DNA of 62,758 nucleotides from Perkinsus olseni (Eukaryota): NCBI GenBank assembly GCA_013115125.1, contig JABANN010000021.1, positions 62,001 to 124,758 of the forward strand, read 5' to 3'. Shown piece by piece: positions 45,504 to 57,500 of this stretch (position 1 is its first letter; each line of letters starts with the position of its first letter). The notes under the pieces were generated by a model. It saw only the letters and a program-made list of their open reading frames with translations, ran no database searches and was not told where the DNA came from. The position numbers and the translations under genes were made by a program.

Positions 45504-48500
45504 GTACCGTGATAGTGTTATCATCCTCACTGAAGGAGTGGAGTTTTGCCAAAGTAGTTAATGCAGGGAGAGGTGGCAGGCTACTCATCGTCTCAGGATT
45601 TTTTATATCGCATGATGGAAGTTGATGGCAGGGATAAACCGGAGCAGAGGGGATTCATCAATAAGGCAAGAGCTGCAGTGGAGAAGCACAAAAGGAGATT
45701 GACTGGAGTATCGTCAGTGGGACCGGTATTATGGGGTTATTGGTGCAACCTCTTCCGCATCTTTCCATCTCGACTTCAGGATACTCATGCGTATCATTGT
45801 CAGGGGCTTGGGGGGAGGCCTTCAGTCTTGACCCGGCAGATGTCTCGATTCAGTCTAAGCGAAACGCCAGCCCAGGGACCATCATCGCTGGGATTCAGCG
45901 ATCTCGAAATCGTAATGTTGATGGGCCTTACGAAGTAGACTCAACTGGGTTGCAACCTACTGAAATACGAACGGTCGGGGGTGCTGCGGCCGCCCGTTCC
46001 GGTTCGGGAAAAGGGGCCCAGAAACGTCACCGGGAACATCCTCGGACGCTGCGTTACAGAGGGGCGTGAATTCGTGAATTAGCGGTTCGTAAAATTCTAT
46101 CGCGTAGAGATAGGGGGGAGGGGCTGATCATACCCAGTGGCTCCAAGACAGCTCTTGGTGTGAGGGGTCTCATAGGTCGCCTCTTGCGTAGTATATTATG
46201 GTATCCTTCGCTGTGCGCAGATACGAGGGTTGGATGCATTGGCACCAGTGAGGAGTGATGGTACTCAAGCTATAGATCAATCGTCATCAGATCTGCTGGG
46301 AGGTGTCCATCAAGATGATACGGACGCGAAGGATATCAAACCCTGCTTTGATGCTATGTAGTCGCCCACTGGCGGGGGAGAATTGGGTCAGAGTAGATTC
46401 TTCTGTTCTGGCGTACTTATAATGAGTTGGACCTCACTCGGGCTGTGCTTCGATGAGCTACGGCTTGTCGCATTGAGGGATTTCGAACAGCGTGGTGTAT
46501 CAGGAGGGAGAGGGAGAGGGGGGGGGGAGCTGTGGCGACCTTTGTGCGCCACTAGCCTCCTGGTAGACGCTCCTACCGAAACTCAATCCGACCTCTCTCC
46601 CGATTTCCGCTTCGCAAGGCGCTATTCGTAACGGCGTAATCTTGCAATCGGTAGGGTTGTTGTGGTATTACTTTCAGGCCTCCAAACTCTCAATTGGAAG
46701 CTAAAAGGTATCAAGCCTGCTTAAGTCTCAAAGATATCGCGGCAAGCTCGCCAGAGCACTTCGCTCTTTATAAGCCGGTATTCTTACAGAGGGTGTGGAC
46801 AGTCATACTGGGAGAGGGGCATAGAATAGTGAGCCAAAGGACCCGGGTTCTATCCCATCACACTTCATTTTTAGTCTACTCGTCGAGCAGCGGTGCTCGC
46901 CTTGCAAGCATCACTGCCCATCTCCCCTCCCACTCACAAGGAATCTAAGGTCGAACCAAGCGAGTGGTGCGTCTGGCCCCTGGCGATAGTGGGCAGGACC
47001 CTCGATGATTCCATTCAAAATGGAGCCTCGTCCAATACTGCTGTGAAGGCGATGGCCTGCTCGATGCCTCGACCCAAGCGGACAGAGGCGGCCATACAGG
47101 GCAGCCTAACCGTACTGGGCGCGATGGTGGACGTTGGAGGTAATACAAAGGCAGGAAATCAGTCCGAGTGTTCAAAGACCTGTCTCTCCTGAGCGTCAGG
47201 AGCGCTCCCAGGGTCAGGGTCTTTAGGGATGTTGAATTCAATCTTGAGAGCGCATTTCGGAGGGGCAGTCTATTGAACGCCGGCGGTGGTTGTGGAGGAG
47301 AATCTTTGCGCGTGCGTGGCGTGGTGAGAAGATACGATCAGGTCCGACGGTTCGATCTGATTTGCTGTACTGGCTGAGGCTCACGCTGCGCTATCGGCGT
47401 TCTAAATGGAAGAGTGTGGTCCAAGTCGTGGATAAACTCCTGGCAACTTTCGCGGAGGCCAGCCCGGACGTCTTCGCTTCATGCGGGGACGAGGCTGTGG
47501 GGCATCTCATAACGGAGGCGGCTGGTATGGAGGATTACTGCGGTCCGGAAGGGAGACCGGCTGCGGTCAGCGCAGTAAGGTTTGCGGGAATCGAACTCGG
47601 GTCTTTCGGGTTGTTAGGTTGACGTGTGGACTATCGTACTATTTTGACTGTGGAGACGCTTCGTGTTTCAGCTTGCCCAAGTGTGTGTAGCCGAGGGAGC
47701 TGGGCATATTGCCCCGTACGAGAAGAGTGTCATCAGCTGTGTCGAATCGATACTGGCGGAGGGAGACGTTAAAGCGGCAGTAGAGCGGAAGGCCAGCGGG
47801 GGTAGAGTCCAAAACCACTGTCATAATCTTGCCATACCACACCATTCAGAAACTTCGCCCAGCGGTCGAACGGACAGGCTCTATCGGCTGCATCAGAACA
47901 CCCTAGAGTGAGTATCAGTGGCCTGGGGGGGGCATCGTGCGGATCCGACAACGACGTCTTGCCCTACGATAATCCTGTCGCCGCCGGTATTGTTAGGAGA
48001 AATCGTCGGACATGGAAGTTTCACAGCTGGTGCTTCCTTCTGCTTCGTCCCTCTCTTGTAGTAGTGGTCATATAGCATAACTTCTTATGTTAAGCCTTTT
48101 GGTAGTGCTGGAGCTGTCAGACTGAATTGCCGCGGGGTTCAATGAATCGATGATCCTGCATGTGAAGAGCTTGTAGGTGCCTCGGGAAGTTGGCGGAGAC
48201 GGTTGGATCGAGGTTGGCAGGGTACTTCGAGGATGGTAAATTGGTGTGTCTGATGTTCTCGGCGGGCCTAACGCCAGCAGTACTGGAGTCTGTATGGGAT
48301 TGTTGTTACTACTGCGAACCAGCGGTAGGGAGGGCGGGTGGGTGGAGGGATTGGATCCAGCTGATGCGCTTCATTCTCAAGTGGGAGGGGATCGCTCGGG
48401 TCATCCGGTCGAGCTTTTGAACGGTCTCGGAATTGTCGACAGTTTGGGCAGACCAGTTGGTTGCTATGGACCTGGAAGGGCGTTATAGAATCTTTTCAGT

Positions 48501-51500
48501 GCGGCCCGCTCCAGAGCCGACTGCTGGATACGGTTGCCTCTATTCTGCAAGAGGCTACCTCGTGTAAAACACTAACTTCGCCCGAACAACAGGTGGGCTT
48601 AGGGGGCGGTTTGAGGGGTGGGTTTGGGAGTGGGGTATCTTATGAATCATTGCCCTCCGGCAGACCTGTGAGACTAGCATAGCCCGAGGTAGCGTAGTAA
48701 ATTACCATTGGTGTTGCCAAGCATAATGCTGAGTATCGCTCCAAGTCCGAAGCTCTGATGTAGGTAGTAGATAGACCAGAGTAAGTGGACGAAGGAGGGA
48801 TTGTCTTACCCTCTTAGGCCTCGTCTCACCCGCACTGCAAAGAATAGCTTTGCTCGTGTATGCCAAAAAAATCATCCTTTCATTTATATTATACCATCCC
48901 CTTTGAGGGAGCGCTACAGCATATCGAAGTCCCTGTGTTTGACCTTCCCTCTCCTCCCGTCGTCAGGTTCATCGTCCGCGGACCCTGTCAGTGATGTCAG
49001 CGGGTGAGGGCGCCCTCCCACCGCTGCTGTGGCCCAGCGGGATTGATGCGGTCAGGTTCGGCTGCTCTCGAGGCCCAGGCGTCATCCGCGGTGCTGGCGA
49101 TGAAAGCTCTGGTCAGCTTCGGCCCCTATGATCCGAGGGTGAAACCTTTCCTGTGCGACACTGTACTTCGGTGAGTATCTTAGCGGAGCGAAGTGATATT
49201 TTATCTGCATTTTCGTTGGTGGAAGGTGTTTGGATCACCAGCACCCCCTCGTCCGGAAGATGGCGGCGACGACAATAACGAAGCTGCTCCTGCCGGTGGA
49301 CTTCCCGGATGACGGAAGTAGAGAAAGGAAACCATCTTTCTCCGACGAGGTGAATCATTTTGTCAATCCTCAGCGGAGCGAAGCAGCCCAGCTGTTACTT
49401 TTACAGACCCCGACCACCGAAGTATCTTCGGACTCGGCTGACCTCCAGCCGAGCCGCGGACGGCAGATTATCCTGTGCAAGCCTCATCACATAGAGGCGA
49501 TCTCCAGAGTGGTGCAAAGGCTGCTGGTTCTGGCAGTAGCAGACACGGATCCTGATATAAGGTAGGTCCTGGGATTTGAACCTGGGTCGTTGGGATGAGA
49601 GCTTACAGGTTCTCCGTGTTTGATGGCATTGATCGTCGCTTCGACCCTTTCCTTTCTGACCGGGTGTGCATAGCTGCAATAACGCAGGTAGGTTTCGTTG
49701 ATACCGGGTTCGATCCCGGCGGAGGTCGTTTTTCAGGCATTAAATGATGAATCACTGATAGTGAGGAAGGCCGCGGTGAAGCTGCTTGGGCGGCTCTGCC
49801 ATCACAACCCGGCATACGTCCTCCCAGCTCTGAGGAAGCTTCTAATTCAACTTCTAACAGAGTTGGAATACAACCATGTACGCAGCTGGGCTCACTACAA
49901 CTTGCAATCTTGAGCCCTCTTGCTGTTTCTCTAGGCGGATCGGGGTGGTGAGGAGGCTGCGGAACTTCTGTGTGACCTCCTTTCGAAGGCGGGCAGCCAT
50001 ATGAGTCCGTATGTCTTCGCTGTTGTGGAGGCCGTGGTGTCGAAGCTTTGTCGCCCGGAACCGATATCCCCGAGGTAGAAAAGTGACGTGGGCGGGGGTC
50101 GAACCTGGGTGGTTGGGTTGCGCAGATATACCTCCTTGCTCCTCGAGGCTCTGGGCCAGCTGAGTGATATATCCGGCCAGGCGATACTGTCTAGTGGGCT
50201 TATTGATGATATATTGCAGCTTCTCGTCGATAATGTCCAGGTAGGTCTCGGGTTCGATTCTCGGTGGAGGCATTTTTATTTCTCAGGATACTCGGTCGGG
50301 TGGTGAGGGCGACCAGGCAGCGCAATGGGATAAGAAGCGGGAGGTTACATACCGGTAGGGCCACGGTGGATCTTATCACAACAATCATACTTATGAAACG
50401 GCTGATCGATTTCGAAGCCGCGGTACCTCATGCTCTTCTTCTGAGCTTCATTTGGGCATCCATGGTCAGAACTCTCTCCCGGGTGGTCGAGAACACCGGC
50501 CTGGTTGTGGTACCGTACGAGAAGCATCCTCCTCTGCTGCCATATATAATAGAGTTCCTTCGTGCTGATGCCCAACACTCAGCTCATACTGCTGTCAGAC
50601 GGCAGGTAGGGGGCATGTTGGTGGGGTCGGCGATCGAACCCGGGTGAATGGATTACCCACTCAGGCCATACGAGCAATAGGAACTCTCGGCGCCCTAGAC
50701 CCCACACGCTTTGATGCACTCAAGCAGATTGCCAGCATACCGGTGATGGACTCCTCTGGAAGTGGTCAGCCCTACCAACTCTTCCACGACTCTCGACCAG
50801 GTAAGCTCGATCACTAGAATCACCTATCCTCATGAAGGTTGAAAGATTCGCACGCTGTTATCGCCAGCCGCCGGTATTGTCTCCTAGGATTGTCGTGTCT
50901 GCATGACTCTGTCCTCCACCGTCTTCTTTCAGTACCAACTGGAGCCACCGCTACCCAGAGCACAATGCTCGGCGTGTCCCATTCCCATCACGCAGGGGCG
51001 GCGGCAGTGACCCCTGCAGAGCATCCACCATTCGAAGGGAAAGCGTCCACTGCGGGTGAGTGGACCAGCAGTATACCATCGCCGACGCTCCCTCTCAGCT
51101 GCTGCTGCTGCAGCCCCCTACGCTTGCTGTGGCTTCACGGCGAGTATTGCGGCAGGCATGGATCTGCAGCAACAACTCCTCACTGTGATGATCCAGATGG
51201 CGTTCGAGGAGGTAGGTGGAGGTGGAGGGTGATGGGAGTTGAGGTTGGTGTGGTAGGGAATTGATGAAGATGATTGTTGTGGTAGCGGTCGAGGGGCCGC
51301 CGGTGGCAGAACAGATCGTGAAGGTGAGCTGCAATGATCTTGAGCGTGCGTACATAGATTCCTTGTCGCCTCGTGATGAACAGGTGATGCTAGTATCAGA
51401 CAGCAGCGACTGGCCCAGACGAGTGCTCCGGCTTGGGCGGCCAGTGGCGCTGACAACCCGCAGACATGCAGGTGCGAAAAAGCTGATGTGCCAGGGGTCG

Positions 51501-54500
51501 AACCTGGGTTGTATGCATGAAAGCCTGCCATGCTTTCCTCTCAGGTGGCTGTACACGTCGCATGCTGTCGCTACGTTACTGAAGATGCTATGCGATACCT
51601 CCTTGCCGAGTGACTACCACAGCCATGTGGTGGATGCTCTGATGACCATCTTCCAACACCTCGGCCGCCAAGCCGGTGGTTGTGTGATGCCCTTCTTACC
51701 GCAAATCATGAACTCTATCATTTCGGTCGTCCAGAGCAGTCCGGCGGACAGCTCCATAGCTCACGAGAGGGCACCGTTGTTGAGACACCTAGCATACCTG
51801 GTCAAGGTTGCTAATGCTAAGCAGATAGCCCCCTACTTGAAATCGATATTCGATCTGGTAGGTGCGGTATGGCCACCGGAGAGTATCGGGAGTCCAGGTG
51901 AGTTCATCAGGGGCTCGGCTTGGATAGCATTCTCTTCCCGCACGGAGCCTTCCTTATTGGGCGAGATGCTGGATTGGTGTGGAGGGGATCTGCGTGTGAA
52001 TATAGCGTGAAAGAATTATTCAACTTAGTCCCGATGGTAGACCAACAACGTGTCGGGCAGTGGCCGATGACGAGCCCAAACTACAGAGATGAGAGGTATG
52101 GTTCAGGGCATCCTCCTCCTCCTCCTCCTCCACCACCACCGCCTCCTCCCCCTTCACTGCTATCGGACGCTGGTGGTCAGCCACAGAGTTCCCAGCTGGT
52201 GATGGTCGCAGCGATGCCGGGGACGTCGGCTGGGACTTCGGATCGCGTGGATTTGATATTGGCTGCATTGGCCTTGCTGGAGGAGATATGCAAACAACAT
52301 CATCATGAGTCGAAAGTAGGTGGGGGGATTTGAACCGGGGACCTTTTGATTACGCACTTAGGTATACATGGGCCCCCTGGTTCCTCGAATTCTACACCTC
52401 CTCTCGCCCAACCGTGGTCTGGGGTACGGCAATCAAGACCACGTGGTGATCGCCAGTCGCGTGTTGTCGTCTTTGGTCGTCTTCGGTTCGACCATCACCG
52501 AGTTCATGCATCTCGTCATACCAACTCTTACGGATCTCTTCGACTACATGCCTTCCACTTATACTAATGAAAGTAAGCGTATCTTTCTCTCCGTATCCAT
52601 CAAGCATCAACCTCGAGACATACTGCGATATCATCTCATGTCTTTAACCTCGCCTCAGATCCCCCTGCAGTACCGCCTCCCGCGCACATTCGAGTGAAGG
52701 CGATCAAAGTCGTCGGGGCTTTGTCCAAGCAGGTCCCCTTCGCCCAGTTCTCCGGTCGTATCACTCACCCTCTCGTCCGAATAATCGACAGCGAGACCGC
52801 CCCCTTGGAGCTCAAGCATGTGGCGCTGGAGTGTCTCGGGCAGCTGGCTCGGTCCTTCGGCGAGGGCTTCGCCATCTACGCTCCACTCATCAATCGTACG
52901 TGCATTCGACACGGACTGCCGGCCGTCTTCGACACCCCTGAGGGACGGGACGAGTGCAGGGTCTTCAACAGCCTCAACGCTTCCCCTAGGCTCTCCATGG
53001 GAGCCCACTCTCGAAGCATGTCGGATGGTGTCGATCTGTGTGGCATACCGGATACTACAGTAGCCCCGGGCTCCCAGGTGAGAGGGTGAACACACCGGAC
53101 ACGCTGGAGTCGGGGATGGAGTGGTATCAGACAGCCGCGACAGGACTGAGACGCTAGGCCATTGGATCTGAACTTAGTGGCAGCGTTGTGGGAAAGACCG
53201 ATGCCGAATAGCGGGACTGGGTGTGTTGTAGTAGTGGGAGATGATGGGATGATCAGGTATGCAGTTTCGTACCGGACCATCCAGCCTTGCACATGGCTTG
53301 GGAGGCGAGTCAAAGGTGGACGAAGGATGAATGGATATTGTGGATGAAGAGGATATCTTTGGATATCTTACGAGAATCTCCGAGTGAATCCTTGCGTGCT
53401 TGCTGGTCTGTTGCACAAATGCATCCGCCGGTTGCGAAGGAACTATTCCCTGTTGGATTTTTGGCAACATGGACTTCTCTGCAGGTGAGCCAAACTTGAT
53501 CTGTTTTGTATCTTGCATGGTTAACCTGAAGATATCCCTCCCTTCAGGATAGCTATCAGTGTTTCTTACTGCGATCTCTGGAGCTAGCCCTGTGCTCTCC
53601 CCAGCTGCCGCCGGACATCCTCCAGACTCTACTGCAGCTGGCTGAGTTCATGGACCGATCGAACATGCCTTTGCCGATGGAAAATCGGATGTTGGCAGGT
53701 CTTGCTGAGAAATGCCATACCTATGCGAAGGCATTGAGGTGAGCGGAGCGAAGCGCGTTTACTTTTGGAATGTTAGAGTGGTGAGGATAGGTACCGCGAA
53801 ATGGAGTTCAAAGCTTCCCCTTCTGTTACGTGCGTGGAGGCTCTGATCTCCACCAACATGCAGCTCGGGCAGGCGGTAGAGGCTCAGGGCGTATTGCAGT
53901 ATGCGCAGCGTTACCTTGGCGATGAGCTGGAGTTGAAGGAAAGTTGGTATGAAAAACTGCAGTGTTGGGATGAAGCACTGGAAGCGTACGAGATAAGGCA
54001 GATGGATGAGCCCGGCAACTTGGACGTCACAACTTCACGTATGAGATGCCTTCGAGCCCTAGGGGAGTGGGAGAGGCTCGGAAAACTATGCGAGACCTCC
54101 TGGGACAACTGCAGAAAACTGGACCCCCAGTCAGCGAAGCGGCATTGGCTGACCATGGCACCGATGGCAGCCGCAGCACAGTTCAACCTTAGGGACTGGG
54201 ACAAGATGGAAAAGTAAGTCCTGATGGGCAGGGTCGCCGCCGATGGGGATCCGGCGTTACGAAAGGAGTGGTATTGTAATTTCATCCAAGAGCGAGTACA
54301 GAAATTCTAGCGAGAACTCGTCTGTGTGGTTTCCCATATTTTAATTTACGCGTGGATGATGCGTATTGGGAATGGGAGATTGCTACTGATGTGTTGACTA
54401 ATACTCGTATGACCTCAGGTACGTGAAGGTTCTTGAGGGCTACGCTGTCGGTGATGGCGTTGATGATGATGACGACGCTACCACCAGTGACACGATGCTT

Positions 54501-57500
54501 GATGCTCGCAATGCCGCTGCGTTGTCTGGTGGGAGCCCCTCCCCTGCTCCTGCTGGTGGTGATGACGCCATGTCCTTCGAGGGCAGCTTCTATGCGGCTA
54601 TACTGGCCATACATAAACAGCAGTACGGGAGAGCCTTTAAGCTGGTGAGGCGGAGTGACGAATCTTCGTCGTGCGGCTTGTCTCGTATCTTCGCTTTTGC
54701 GAATAGCTCGGATGAAAGTGCACCTCACAGCTGATGCTCTCCAATATGCACTTTGAATTTCTTTCTGTTGGACGCACGGTATCGCCAGCCGGTATGGGAG
54801 TTTTTAGGAAGAGATCCCAACAACTTTCAGATGATAATTTATTTTATACTTTATCGCTTCTTCAGATTTACCGAAGTCGAGACAGCTTGGACGGCGAGCT
54901 GACGGCCCTTATCGGTGAGAGCTACACTAGAGCGTACCGATGCCTTATCAAAGTACAGCAACTCACCGAACTTGAGGAGATTATCAAGTAGGATGGAGAT
55001 GAATCAAATGTTGTTAACATGATGACGCTTCGCTCCGCTAAGATACAAACAGCTGGAAGATACTGGTGACAGTCAGAGTTGCTCGCTGATGCGCGATATG
55101 TGGACGAGACGCCTGCTGGGTTGCAGACCCGACGTAGAGGCTTGGCGATCTATTTTGGAGCTTCGGTGGGTCGTGGGTTCGAATCCGGGGTCTGACACCT
55201 GTTCATTTTCAGGACATTAGTGGTACCGCCTCGTGAGGACTTGACGACGTGGTTGAAATTCACAGGTAAAGAGGTATCTTAGGTCGATCCGTGTAAGATA
55301 CACAATCTCCTTCTCAAGCTCTTTGCCGGAAGTCTGGTCGTCTGTCCCTGGCAACCAAGACGATTGACATGCTTCGTGCTGACTCGACGTTGAAGCGAGA
55401 TCCAGTGGTGACCTGGGAGTACCTCAAGAACCTCTACGCTAACGGCAGTAGATGGGAAGCTCGGGACATGCTGCAGGTGATCAGCTCTCTGTGCTCTGCC
55501 TTCTACATGGCTTGCGATCTATCATTTATGATTGTAGTAGTATCTTTTCATGCTGACATCACTCATGAGAGCTCATCTCGGCCTTTGGATACGCGTGTTC
55601 GTATCCTCAGTCGTTCCTTCAACAACACGGTGCGGTGGTGAACCCTGATCTCATCATAGACGTCGGCACCGGCGTACCCTCCGCAGTTCTCCCATCGCCG
55701 CGTTCGAGGAGGATCGGTAGTCCTGGCGGTAGAAGGCGGAGGCGCGCTGCTAGCTCCTTCTCACAGTCACAGGTGAGGGCGCTGGGCTCGCAATCTGAAG
55801 GCGCAGGTTCGATTCGCGGTCGGGGTATTTTCCAGGTTCCGATAGAGTTGCTCTCGAAATGTCATCTAAAGATGGGCCTTTGGACCAAGGAGCTTGCGGA
55901 GGACTTCTTGCAGGTAGGCTCGGAGATCGCTACACTGATGCGATCGAATTTCGTGGCGCAGCGGTCACCCCTGATGCGGCGACGTTGGCGTTTGACGTCG
56001 AATACCTTTGGGTTGCCTGGCTCAAGCCTGTCTTGTAGCCCCGGAAATTCGGGGCGCGCGAAAGTTTTCACCTCGAATGTTCACGGGCATCTCTTTCAGA
56101 CGTCCTTCTTCGAGGACGAGGGAGTGTTGGAGAACGTTCTCGGATGGTTCGAGAGTGCCATCAAACTCAATCCGAAATACTACAAAGGTCAGTGATACCG
56201 CCGGGCGCGCGAGATTTACATCCACATCTGGGAGAGTATTGATGGTCGGAGTGTGGATGCTGGACTGCTTCGCTCCGCCTTTTTTGGACCGTTTTTCATT
56301 CTGTTCAGCATGGAATGCGTGGGCGTTGGCTAATTATAATGCTGTAACGTACATTGAGAATCAGCATCGAGGCTCGGGGGCATCGAGCCCGAAGGGAGCG
56401 CCCGCTGGCGACGGACTCAGTGACAGGCGTAAAGCACCGCCGCAACCACAGTCGTCAGGTGAGATGGGCGATCTTCGGACGGAGTCGGTGGTTCTTCGTG
56501 TATTCAACGCAGTTGGGTTGGGTAGATGGATAGTATCCGATGCACCCGAGTTCGAATCCTGGCTACGTCGTTTTTGCGGGCAGGTGTTCTGGAGGAGTCG
56601 AAGCCGTACCTCTTGAATGCTCTACGAGGATTCACGAAATCGATTATTCTTAGTGACCCTCCCCAGCTGCAGGTAGGCCTGCAAAAGAGTCACGCGCCAT
56701 GAAATTGCTCGCTCAGGATGTCCTGCGGCTGATAACGCTGGGGTTCAAATACAGCGGTGACAGCGACTTGGAACTAGAACTTCAGAAAGGCTTCGACCAA
56801 GCTCCTCTGGTGGCCTGGCTCCAGGTCAGTTTATTATCGATCACGTGATCGATTTGGATATTCCCAATATCATGGCAGGTCACACCTCAGCTCATTGCTC
56901 GTCTCCGTAGCAAAAGGCAGTCCTTGCGGACGACCGTGCATCAGCTACTGTCTCGGGTTGGCGTCACGTAAGTTGAAGTCGTTCTACGGTCCCGCTGAAA
57001 TCGCTTCCACGCCGGCTCGCCAACTCTGCTGTGGTCATTCATATCGATCTGCGTTTAACCTTCGCGAGCGCTAACTGATTCTAATCATCATAAAAATGAT
57101 CTCTGTTTTGACCGGGCTCCCTGAAGATACCCTCAAGCGCTCGTATTCCCTCTCACTGTGGCGACGCGGAGTAGCGTGAGCACCTTCGTTATCAGCAGCA
57201 AACGGTTGTTGCAGGAGATATCGGTAGGTCGATGTCCATGCATCATCATTGGTGGACTGGATACGCCCTCAGACGCATCGGAAGACCCTCGTCCAACAGA
57301 ACCAACTGGTATCTTCTGAGCTCATCAGGATATCTATGCTATGGCATGAGATCTGGTGAGTACACGACATCAGCCTAGGGTGGGGGCTTGCGACGGGAGT
57401 CCCGGAGGACGTGTGGAGGTGTCGGGAATCTTTGCAGTGCGCTGCAGACGGCTAGCGGGGTTCAATTCTGATCAGTCCGACTTAAGTCCGATTTTGAGCG

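Noticed and set aside
54220-54265. Hammerhead-like CTGATG...CGAAA in a TOR intron
   Set aside because: The core is CTGATGG rather than CUGANGA, and stems I and III were not found.
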